Positions 39,055-47,534 of a stretch of 64,000 nt of DNA are shown piece after piece (position 1 is the first letter of the stretch; each line of letters begins with the position of its first letter). This DNA comes from an uncultured bacterium (lineage in GTDB: Bacteria; Patescibacteriota; JABMPQ01; CAVVCK01). Both the position numbers and the translations under genes were made by a program. The notes beneath the pieces were generated by a model. The model searched no databases. It was given only the letters and a program-made list of their open reading frames with translations, and was not told the origin of the DNA. The stretch is taken from the NCBI GenBank assembly GCA_963746775.1, contig CAVVCK010000001.1, positions 147,050 through 211,049 on the forward strand, written 5' to 3'.

Positions 39055-39116
39055 TTATATTTTTATTTTGTTTTATTAATTATACCACAAATCTGGGTAC
39101 AATAAAAAATTTAAAT

Positions 39117-40964
39117 TTATTCTAAAATTGCTTTTATTCTTCTAATGCCCCTAGAGCTTGCTTTTTCTGATTTTATTTTAAATTTACCTAATTCGGAAGT
39201 ATTGGAAACATGAGGACCGCCGCACATTTCCATAGAAATATTACCTATAGAATATACTTTCACTTTATCACCATATTTATCTTTAAATAAACCCATAGCA
39301 CCTTTATTTCTAGCCTCATCATAAGACATTTCCTCGCATTTAACTTCAATTCCTTGAGCAATCCATTTGTTCACTAAATTTTCTACCTCAATAATTTGTT
39401 CTGGAGTCATTTTTTCATCATAACTAAAATCAAACCTTAATCGCTCAACTGTAATGTTGCTTCCCTTTTGAAATACCTGATCTCCCAATACTTGTCTTAG
39501 AGCTGCCTGTAATAAATGGGTAGCTGTATGTAATTTTTTAGTCTCCTCTGTATTATCTGCTAGACCACCTTTGAATTTTTTTTCTGCACCAACTTTTGAT
39601 ATTTCTTGAAACTTTTTCTTACCAATCTCATAACCTTTTTTAAAATCATCTGTTGATATTCTTTCTTTAAGTTCAGATGTTAAATTTTCCCACAAAGTTT
39701 CTTTAAAATATCTATGAGTATTCCATAGATGATAAGCAAATTTACCAGCTGCAATACTTACATTATCTAACTTATGATCAATAAACGCTGCCTTTAGCCA
39801 TTTTAAATCTCCTCCTGGATTTAAATTTAACCTTTCGGGATATCTTTCTAAAACAGCTATTCTCTTGTTAATTCTCGGAATTCTTTTCTCGTATTCTTCT
39901 TTCGTAAATTTTTCTTCTTCTGTAATAGTTTTAATTATATACTCTCTTTTATCCCTTAAATTTTTATATTCTGTAATACTACCACAAACATCAATTACTT
40001 TATTAACTACATTAATATAAGAAAAAGAACGCCTTTGCTTATTTATTTCATCAAAAGCATCTCTAAGTAATCTTCTTAATACCGAACCTTTTTCATCTTT
40101 AGATGGCAAAACACCATCTGCAATTAAAAAAACAGCTGCTCTTATGTGGTCACTTATGATTCTTCTGTTCTCAACATCTACACCTTCATTTTCTTTCCTA
40201 CCCGATCCTCTTAATAATCCCTCTTCTTTTTCTACTTCTTCCACAATCTCATAAAGTTCATTTGTATTATATACGGAAGACTTGTTATTTATTACTGCTG
40301 ATAATCTTTCTAGTCCCATTCCTGTATCAATACCTTTATACTCTAAGCTCTTGTACTGCCCATTTTTAAATACGTACTCATTAAAAACTAGATTCCAAAT
40401 TTCTATACCATCTATATAAAATTCTACAGTAGGTCCTCCCGGAGACCCCTCCATTCCAAGTGACCAGAAATTATCATCAAATCCCTGAGGTCTAATTTCT
40501 GATAAAGATAAGCCATCAATTTTTTTTAATATTTCAAAGGATTCTTTGTCCTCTGGAATTTCCCTATTTCCCTCAAAATATGTAGCACTAATTCTTTCTT
40601 TTTTAATTTTCAAAACTTCTGTTAAAAATTCCCAGGCATACTCAATAGCTTTTTCTTTAAAATAAGATCCTTTAATTTTTGGATATCCAAAAGAAAAATT
40701 ACCCAGCATTTCAAAAAATGTTAAGTGTGTACTGTCTCCCACTTCTTCAATATCTGAAGTTCTTAGACATTTTTGAATAGATGTAACTGGAACGTAAGAA
40801 GCTTTTTCTGGATTTAAATAATAATCTTTAAATTGTTGCATACCTGCAGTAGTAAAATGAACAGTTTTATCATTTTCAGGAATTAAAGAAGCAGAAGGAA
40901 TAATTTTGTGTCCCCTTTTTTCAAAAAATTCTAAATATTTTTGTCTTAATTCCTGAGAAGTCAT
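39117..40964 (-). CDS. alaS: Alanyl-tRNA synthetase, short form lacking the C-Ala domain
   Basis: N-terminus ..FFEKRGHKIIPSASLIPENDKTVHFTTAGMQQFKDYYL; editing-domain HTATHLLQAALRQVLG and CGGPHV zinc motif. Only 615 aa. Confidence 0.9.
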   Translation of the reverse strand: MTSQELRQKYLEFFEKRGHKIIPSASLIPENDKTVHFTTAGMQQFKDYYLNPEKASYVPVTSIQKCLRTSDIEEVGDSTHLTFFEMLGNFSFGYPKIKGSYFKEKAIEYAWEFLTEVLKIKKERISATYFEGNREIPEDKESFEILKKIDGLSLSEIRPQGFDDNFWSLGMEGSPGGPTVEFYIDGIEIWNLVFNEYVFKNGQYKSLEYKGIDTGMGLERLSAVINNKSSVYNTNELYEIVEEVEKEEGLLRGSGRKENEGVDVENRRIISDHIRAAVFLIADGVLPSKDEKGSVLRRLLRDAFDEINKQRRSFSYINVVNKVIDVCGSITEYKNLRDKREYIIKTITEEEKFTKEEYEKRIPRINKRIAVLERYPERLNLNPGGDLKWLKAAFIDHKLDNVSIAAGKFAYHLWNTHRYFKETLWENLTSELKERISTDDFKKGYEIGKKKFQEISKVGAEKKFKGGLADNTEETKKLHTATHLLQAALRQVLGDQVFQKGSNITVERLRFDFSYDEKMTPEQIIEVENLVNKWIAQGIEVKCEEMSYDEARNKGAMGLFKDKYGDKVKVYSIGNISMEMCGGPHVSNTSELGKFKIKSEKASSRGIRRIKAILE

Positions 40965-40970
40965 ATTTAT

Positions 40971-41186
40971 TTATAAATCCATTTCTATTTTTTCAATTTC
41001 CTTAGAAGCTCTTGCTTCCTGCTCTCTTAACTCATCAATTTCAGCCTCTAATAATTCTTTCTGTCTTTCAAATTCATCTAAATTTTTTTCTACTTCTTTT
41101 AAATTTTTTTCTTTTAAATCAATATCCATACGCAAATCTTCTAAATCTCCTTTTAATTGATTTACAGGATCAGAAAAATCTTTCAT
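40971..41186 (-). CDS. Small coiled-coil protein (71 aa), unknown function
   Basis: Heptad-rich E/K/L sequence. Preceded by conserved element copy A. Confidence 0.4.
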   Translation of the reverse strand: MKDFSDPVNQLKGDLEDLRMDIDLKEKNLKEVEKNLDEFERQKELLEAEIDELREQEARASKEIEKIEMDL

Positions 41187-41197
41187 ATGTTTTTTTA

Positions 41198-41245
41198 TTT
41201 ATGTGAATTACAAAACTTATCAATGATATTTCCGCCTATCTCGCC
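41198..41245 (-). promoter_or_regulatory. Conserved upstream element, copy A (18-mer box plus AUUUCCGC box), followed by a G+C-enriched stem-loop region to 41345
   Basis: TTTATGTGAATTACAAAA (41198-41215), 11 nt, then ATTTCCGCCTATC (41227-41240). Element B is nearly identical. Downstream, GCATTCCGC..GCGGATAATGC can form a stem. Confidence 0.4.
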
Positions 41246-41407
41246 TCTAATGGCGATGCCGTCAGAGGCAACCGCAACAATCCGCATTATCCGCAATTTC
41301 TACTACTGCAGATATGACAGATTTAGCGGAATGCAGATAATTATTTAATTTAGTAATTCATTATTTGGAAATTATAACAAATAAAAAAGAGGTAAACAAT
41401 GAGATTA

Positions 41408-42502
41408 TTATTTAATAATACCTCCTCCTAATAATTCTTCTTTATTATAAAAAACTGCTGATTGCCCTGAAGTTACAGCTTTCTCCGAACTTTCAAATTC
41501 CACCAAACCAGTTTTCTTAACTTTATTATATTTTAAAATTTTGACTCTAACTACTTTTTGTCTATACCGCATTTGACAATCAGCCATTAATGGAAAATTC
41601 ATTTTTCTTTCTGACACCCAGTTCATATCAAAAGTCCTAAATTGCTTTATAAAAATCCTTTTATCATTAAGATCCTGAGTTACTATAAGCTTATTTTCCT
41701 TTATGTTCTTCTTTATTACATAATATGCATCACCTCCCCCTATCCCAATGCCTTTTCTTTGCCCAATAGTGTAGAAAGGTAACCCTTGATGGTTACCTAT
41801 TTTTCTTCCCTCAGTATTTACAATTAACCCTGGTTTTATATTTTTAATATACTTTTTTAAAAATATTTCTAATCCTTCTTTTGGCAAAAAACACACATCC
41901 TGACTTTCTTTTATCTCGGCCACAGGTAATTTAAATTTTTTAGCCAATTTCCTAACTTCACTTTTTTTGTAACTACTAATTGGGAAAAGCAATTGAGCTA
42001 GTTTTTTTTGATTTAAGTTATATAAAAAATAAGATTGATCTTTATTTTTATCTTCTGCTCTAAAAATTTTATATTCTGATTTTAAATTATTTATTCTAAA
42101 TTTTACATTTTTTACATAATGCCCTGTAGCCAAATAATCTCCTCCTATAGCTTTTATTTTATTAAATAAAAAGCCGAATTTAATCTTTTTATTGCAAACA
42201 ACACAAGGATTAGGAGTATTCCCTAATTTATATTCTTTAATAAAATAATCAACCACTTGCTTCTTAAATTCTTCACTACAATCAAAAACATAAAAAGGAA
42301 TATTTAAAATTTTAGCTACTTTCCTAACTCTTTTTAAGGACTCTGAGGAACAGCATTTATTTTTGGAATTAGCTAAACATCTATCCTGCCAAAATTTTAA
42401 AAATACTCCAGTAACATAATAACCTTTATTTTTTAATAAAGCAGCTACTACCGAAGAATCAACTCCACCCGACATAGCTACAATAACTTTTTTTCTATTC
42501 AT
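41408..42502 (-). CDS. mnmA: tRNA-specific 2-thiouridylase
   Basis: PP-loop VIVAMSGGVDSSVVAALL; 364 aa. Confidence 0.9.
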   Translation of the reverse strand: MNRKKVIVAMSGGVDSSVVAALLKNKGYYVTGVFLKFWQDRCLANSKNKCCSSESLKRVRKVAKILNIPFYVFDCSEEFKKQVVDYFIKEYKLGNTPNPCVVCNKKIKFGFLFNKIKAIGGDYLATGHYVKNVKFRINNLKSEYKIFRAEDKNKDQSYFLYNLNQKKLAQLLFPISSYKKSEVRKLAKKFKLPVAEIKESQDVCFLPKEGLEIFLKKYIKNIKPGLIVNTEGRKIGNHQGLPFYTIGQRKGIGIGGGDAYYVIKKNIKENKLIVTQDLNDKRIFIKQFRTFDMNWVSERKMNFPLMADCQMRYRQKVVRVKILKYNKVKKTGLVEFESSEKAVTSGQSAVFYNKEELLGGGIIK

Positions 42503-42517
42503 CGCTTTCCCATATAT

Positions 42518-44113
42518 TTAATCAATTTTAACAACATTTCCTGGATTAAGATTTTTGTTTATAGGTTTTTTTGTTTTATTATTAAGTTGATTCGGTTTTG
42601 AATTTTTTGAAGATTGATTATTATTATTTCTTTTATCCTCATTTGAATTACTATTCTGGCCTTCTTTCTTTTTCTGGCTCATTAAATCACCTAATAATTT
42701 TTTAAATGGTTGATGATATTCTTCTGATTTACTTTCATTTTTAGATTGATTCCTATTATTACCTCCTCTATATCCTTGTTTGTTGTTCTTCTCATTCACA
42801 GGTAAATCAATATCATCATTCATGCCACTCCAGCGAGCAATTTTCTCTTCTACTATCTCTCGCTTTTTAGCATATCTCTCTCTTGAAACTTTTATAATTT
42901 TTTCTCTGTTACCTTCCTCTTTCCACTCAGGGGGAACAGTACTCGCAGAAAAAGCTTGGCTAGCTACTCCATTTATCATTAATTTCAAATAAATATTATA
43001 TTTAGATAAATTAACTAAATCATTCTCCTCAAAAACAGGTTCAAATTCCTTAGCTAAAAATTCTGAATCCGTACCTCCAATTCTGAAAGTAACTATCGTT
43101 CCTACATTTCCAAAAACGGCATCACGAACTTTAGTACTACCGCCTATTTCAAGCTGACCAATATATTGATGAGCCATAATTAAATCTAGACGATATTTTC
43201 TGGCTTCTGATAAAATATCAGCAAAACTATCAGTGGCAAAATTTTGAAATTCATCAACATATAAATAAAAATCAGCTCGCTCTTCCTCAGGAATATCCAC
43301 CCGTGACATAGCCGCTAATTGCAAATGGGTTACCATCATAGCTCCAAATAAGGCTGAGGCATCTTCTCCGATTCTTCCTTTGGCCAAATTTAAAATTAAA
43401 ATTTTCTTATTATCCATCACTTCTCTAACATTAATGGTAGATTTGGGTTGTCCAACAATATTGCGTATTAGTGAAATAGATAAAAATTGACCAATTTTAT
43501 TTTGAATAGGAGCAATCGCCTCACTGGCAAATTTATCCGGATACTTGGAAAATTCTTCCACCCAAAAAGCTTTAACAATTGGATCTTTAACTTGAGTAAT
43601 AACTTTATTTCTAAATTTTTGATCAGTTAACATCCTCATCGTTCCAAGTAAAGTACTGCCCTGATAATCCAGCAAAGCCAAAATAGTATTTCTTAAAACA
43701 TATTCTAAACGAGGTCCCCAGCTATCTGCCCAAATCTTTTTAAAAACCCCCACCAGACCAGAGGAAATCAAATGTTTATATTCTGGATTATCATTTTCCA
43801 TGACATTAAAAGCAATCGGCCAATCAGCATCACCCGGATTAAAATAAATTACATCGTTAACCCTACTATTTGGTACATAATTAAGCATTTTATCGGCAAA
43901 TTCACCATGAGGATCTACAATACAAAAACCATTGCCATTATTAATATCCGAAATAACTAATTGCTCCATTAAAGTAGTTTTACCCATACCAGTCTTACCA
44001 ACAATATACATATGGCGTCTGCGATCATCTCTTAGAATACCAAACTTTTTTCTTTGGTTTCTAAAATTAGTTTCAGCAAAAATAGTTATTTGATCGTCTT
44101 GTTTCTTGGGCAT
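42518..44113 (-). CDS. Soluble VirD4/TraG/TrwB-family (type IV coupling protein-like) ATPase with N/K/Q-rich C-terminal tail
   Basis: Walker A HMYIVGKTGMGKTT, followed by CIVDPHGEF..VIYFNPGDADWPIAFNVME (T4CP DPKGE...fNPL pattern). Walker B YLYVDEFQNF, then RKYRLDLIMAHQYIGQL...FGNVGTIVTF (T4CP Q..QL / N motifs). No N-terminal transmembrane helices. The last 120 aa or so are low-complexity. Confidence 0.65.
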   Translation of the reverse strand: MPKKQDDQITIFAETNFRNQRKKFGILRDDRRRHMYIVGKTGMGKTTLMEQLVISDINNGNGFCIVDPHGEFADKMLNYVPNSRVNDVIYFNPGDADWPIAFNVMENDNPEYKHLISSGLVGVFKKIWADSWGPRLEYVLRNTILALLDYQGSTLLGTMRMLTDQKFRNKVITQVKDPIVKAFWVEEFSKYPDKFASEAIAPIQNKIGQFLSISLIRNIVGQPKSTINVREVMDNKKILILNLAKGRIGEDASALFGAMMVTHLQLAAMSRVDIPEEERADFYLYVDEFQNFATDSFADILSEARKYRLDLIMAHQYIGQLEIGGSTKVRDAVFGNVGTIVTFRIGGTDSEFLAKEFEPVFEENDLVNLSKYNIYLKLMINGVASQAFSASTVPPEWKEEGNREKIIKVSRERYAKKREIVEEKIARWSGMNDDIDLPVNEKNNKQGYRGGNNRNQSKNESKSEEYHQPFKKLLGDLMSQKKKEGQNSNSNEDKRNNNNQSSKNSKPNQLNNKTKKPINKNLNPGNVVKID

Positions 44114-44122
44114 AATTATATT

Positions 44123-44164
44123 TTTATGTGAATTACAAAATACCTTTTATATTTTCCGCTTATC
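44123..44164 (-). promoter_or_regulatory. Conserved upstream element, copy B
   Basis: TTTATGTGAATTACAAAA (44123-44140), 10 nt, then ATTTTCCGCTTATC (44151-44164). This is followed by nested UCCGC/GCGGA and AUCCGC/GCGGAU inverted repeats up to about 44215. Confidence 0.4.
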
Positions 44165-44257
44165 CGCAATACTTAAACATATGGATCAAGCGGATTTTGG
44201 CGGATATAACAGATAAATTTCCAATTCGTTATTCGCATCTTTTTAATATTCTATATT

Positions 44258-45562
44258 TCACTCCACTGGCAAATCTACTGGTGGTTCTTTAGTTTTTGCT
44301 TCAGATCTAGAGATAGTCGGAGCTTTAACTGTAATATATGGAAAATGAAAAACAGTAGCAATTTCTTCAATATTTAGAACAAAAGGAGAAGCAACTTGAT
44401 CCATTTCACGACTTTTGTAATTTCTCATCAACCTGCGTTCCCTTCTTGGATTTCTATATTTCTGGAAATACTCAACTTTTGACAAAGATTTTTCATTAAG
44501 CCTAAATCCATTAAGGAATTGATCATTGAAAAGACTAACTGATCCAAAAATAGGAGCCGCTCCTTTGGCTTTATTAAATACTTCTTTGCGAGCTATATAT
44601 ATAAATCTAAATTTAACCTCATATGCAGTCTTAGATAAACTTTTTTCAATAGCTTCTACTACTTTTTGTTCTCCTGGAGATAAATATTGCACCAAGGATG
44701 GTACATCCATTTTACCCTCAGATGATTCCACTTCTTCAAATCCTAGGGTAGATTCTATCCCTTTAAAAAGTCCATGTAATAAACCTACACTAGATCTTAA
44801 TGGTCTCTCAATAAGACCTACTTTTTCTTCAACAGCTTTACCGATTAATTTATTAACTACTTTTTCCCCCTCTTTCTTCCACTGATCACGAATAGGCTTA
44901 ATTATAAATTGAATCCATAATTGTTCTCCTTCTCCAAGCCTTGACATCATTTCTGTTAATACAGATAGTGGATCAATAAATTTATTTTCTTTTTCCCCTA
45001 ATTTATTTTCGAATTCATAATAAGTCTTAATTGGATAAGCATCATCCTTAGCTAAACCAAATTCTAGACCGTACATTTTATATTTATCATTAGGATAATT
45101 ATCTGGAGCAAACTTAGTATAATCTTCTACCTCAGTAATTTCTGCCTCTGGATATTGTGAATAGAGACTTGCTTCAACCAAGTCTCTAAAATAATCAGGT
45201 GTTCTAACAATAAAACGCACATTGCCATTAATACTAACCAATTCTAAGCTTAAATATACCTGCGTCTCTCCTTTAAAATATTTTTCAACAAAATTACGTC
45301 CAGACTCAATACCATAGCAACCAGCTAAAACTTGCTCCATTGCACTTGGATTTTTATCACTCTCAGGTGACACAGTAACAGCTAAATAAATAAATTTAAT
45401 AGATTCTATAAACTTAGCTCGTTTTTTTAGTAACCAAATATAGTAAATTAAGAATAATAAAGGAGGAATGGTAAGCCACCATATCCTTGAGAAAACCCAT
45501 AAAGTTAAGCTCCAAAACTCCAAAAAATACTCTAATTGTTCATAAATAAAAGAGTAATCCAT
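44258..45562 (-). CDS. Hypothetical membrane protein (N-terminal TM hairpin plus ~390-aa soluble domain), partner of the T4CP-like ATPase
   Basis: 434 aa. Hydrophobic segment around aa 15-45 (FLEFWSLTLWVFSRIWWLTIPPLLFLIYYIWLL). No recognised motif. Lies immediately upstream of the ATPase in the same orientation. Confidence 0.4.
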   Translation of the reverse strand: MDYSFIYEQLEYFLEFWSLTLWVFSRIWWLTIPPLLFLIYYIWLLKKRAKFIESIKFIYLAVTVSPESDKNPSAMEQVLAGCYGIESGRNFVEKYFKGETQVYLSLELVSINGNVRFIVRTPDYFRDLVEASLYSQYPEAEITEVEDYTKFAPDNYPNDKYKMYGLEFGLAKDDAYPIKTYYEFENKLGEKENKFIDPLSVLTEMMSRLGEGEQLWIQFIIKPIRDQWKKEGEKVVNKLIGKAVEEKVGLIERPLRSSVGLLHGLFKGIESTLGFEEVESSEGKMDVPSLVQYLSPGEQKVVEAIEKSLSKTAYEVKFRFIYIARKEVFNKAKGAAPIFGSVSLFNDQFLNGFRLNEKSLSKVEYFQKYRNPRRERRLMRNYKSREMDQVASPFVLNIEEIATVFHFPYITVKAPTISRSEAKTKEPPVDLPVE

Positions 45563-45668
45563 TAATTTTGTTTTTGTATTCTATATTATAATATTTTTAT
45601 AATTGCAACTATATTCCGTAACTATTGTCTAAATTTAGATAAGAAATAAAGAATCGAGTGTAATATTT

Positions 45669-46805
45669 TTAAGCAATCTGCTGGGCTAATTTATATGTTC
45701 CTTTTTCAACTCTTTGAAATAAATTTTTATCTTGTAGAGTTAAAATTATAGTATTCTCTTTAACCATTCTCTGCTTTAATACTTCTTTTATAATTTTATT
45801 TTTTGATAAGGGTTTGCTTTCATTTTTTAGAACTGAGGCAATAATATCCTTGACAGTACCTTCTTTATAGCCCCATTCTTTCAAAGCATATATACCTCTT
45901 CCAACTAAAATAAAACGAGAATCTTTAATCAACTCATTATGAACAGTTTGCATATTAGCCTGTCTTTTAGAAAATCCTTTATTGTTGATCATTTCTGTAA
46001 TTTTTCTAAAATGTAGTGGTTTTCCATTTTTCTTCAATACAATATAAGCCCTATCTCTAACACCACGAGGCATAATTTCATTCCAATGATTTAGGCCCCA
46101 TTCATTATAAGGATTCTTCTGAATTTTTTTACTTAAATTAAGATAAGATAGTAATGCCTTATTGTTACCCAATAGTTCCATTTCTTCAACCAAATCACTA
46201 TTTTTTGAGATTAGCTCTGTAAATTTATCTTCAGAAAATGGTTTATTTTCTTTCTCTAGTACCCTAATTGCAGAATTAATAATTTTCTCAGCCATTTTTA
46301 TATCAGAATTTTTTAATCCCCAAGCTTTTTTAAGCCTATCATTTTCTTTAAAATCTATAAATCTATCACTCAATTTTAAAATAAATTCAACTAAATTTCC
46401 ATGAGCTTTTTCATGTTGTAACTTTTCAACGCATTTACCTACCAAATCATTATGACTCATCAATTCACCATGTTTTGATAATAGTTCTTCCAAAGAATCT
46501 TCTAAAAGTTTAATATGACCGGCTGCTTTAAATTTTTTAAGTTCAGATAGAGTAGAAGATTCTATTTGTCTTACTCTCTCTCTAGTAATTCCATATTCTT
46601 TTCCGATTTCTTCTAATGTTTTTTTCTTACCACCATCAAGTCCAAAACGTTTTATAATAATATCTCTGCTTCTTTTTTGTGATAATTCATCTAATAATTT
46701 ATATATCAAATCAGCCGGACTTAAGCCGGAAAAATTACACTCCTGATTATTATTATATTGTATATTCTTTAAATTTTCTGTCATTTTATATAATCTTTTA
46801 TACAC
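45669..46805 (-). CDS. DNA-binding protein with an N-proximal sigma-70 region-4-like HTH and a C-terminal HARE-HTH-like winged helix
   Basis: aa 55-100: DIIIKRFGLDGGKKKTLEEIGKEYGITRERVRQIESSTLSELKKF (sigma region 4.2 pattern). aa 235-300: RDRAYIVLKKNGKPLHFRKI...SRFILVGRGIYALKEWGY (HARE-HTH pattern). No sigma region 2. Confidence 0.55.
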   Translation of the reverse strand: MYKRLYKMTENLKNIQYNNNQECNFSGLSPADLIYKLLDELSQKRSRDIIIKRFGLDGGKKKTLEEIGKEYGITRERVRQIESSTLSELKKFKAAGHIKLLEDSLEELLSKHGELMSHNDLVGKCVEKLQHEKAHGNLVEFILKLSDRFIDFKENDRLKKAWGLKNSDIKMAEKIINSAIRVLEKENKPFSEDKFTELISKNSDLVEEMELLGNNKALLSYLNLSKKIQKNPYNEWGLNHWNEIMPRGVRDRAYIVLKKNGKPLHFRKITEMINNKGFSKRQANMQTVHNELIKDSRFILVGRGIYALKEWGYKEGTVKDIIASVLKNESKPLSKNKIIKEVLKQRMVKENTIILTLQDKNLFQRVEKGTYKLAQQIA

Positions 46806-46915
46806 AATTTGATTGTATATAATTGTTTAATTTTTATTTAGTTTATCATAAATTATGAATATGTCAAGCAATCAAGAGAGTTTTTTATCAAATTTTACAT
46901 AGAAATTACTATTTT

Positions 46916-47221
46916 TTATATTTTATCAATATATTGCTTTATTCTGGCGTCTTCTCGCTTAACTACTTCACTTTCTTCATCTTCATAACACCTAATACCT
47001 TTAGTATGCATAGGCCGCCTGGCATCAAAATGAAGATCTATTATAAGTATGTTTTCCTGATTATAATGACAGTTAATATGAAATCTGGGATAAAAAGATG
47101 CTCCCATTCTTCTTATAAAACTTTCCTTGCCACTTCTTGGATCACGCCAAGGTTTATATCCTAGACGGCGCATTAATACGGTTGGATTCTGATTAAATTT
47201 TTTACTTACTTTTATTTGCAT
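46916..47221 (-). CDS. Hypothetical protein (101 aa)
   Basis: An ORF with good coding periodicity, arranged in tandem with the two upstream genes. No motif recognised. Confidence 0.35.
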   Translation of the reverse strand: MQIKVSKKFNQNPTVLMRRLGYKPWRDPRSGKESFIRRMGASFYPRFHINCHYNQENILIIDLHFDARRPMHTKGIRCYEDEESEVVKREDARIKQYIDKI

Positions 47222-47225
47222 TATT

Positions 47226-47534
47226 TTAATATTTAGCTGATTCTTTTTTAATTTCTTCTTTTAATTTCGCACGTATAGTATCATCTATCTGATCAGGCAG
47301 CATGTCTCCTTCGGGATTATGAATTGTTGCTTCTTCGTAAATTTTACCATCTATTTTTCTTGCTTCGTCTTTTATCTCTGCTTTTGCCTCATCATTTATC
47401 TCGACTTTTCCATCTTTATTAAAAAAATCAGCCAGCTCTAGCGAGGCATTATTTTTAAGCCAAAATCCTCCCACAACTGCTAGTCCCAATAAAATTAATA
47501 AAATAGCTATAAATGAATAGAGTAATACTTTCAT
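47226..47534 (-). CDS. Small membrane protein (N-terminal TM helix, acidic and basic C-terminal tail)
   Basis: 102 aa; 4-nt overlap with the upstream methylthiotransferase gene. Confidence 0.35.
   Translation of the reverse strand: MKVLLYSFIAILLILLGLAVVGGFWLKNNASLELADFFNKDGKVEINDEAKAEIKDEARKIDGKIYEEATIHNPEGDMLPDQIDDTIRAKLKEEIKKESAKY

Noticed and set aside
41157-41348. 63-aa plus-strand ORF in the mnmA / coiled-coil spacer
   Set aside because: It overlaps the conserved regulatory element and GC-rich stem-loops. It has no start context and is likely non-coding.
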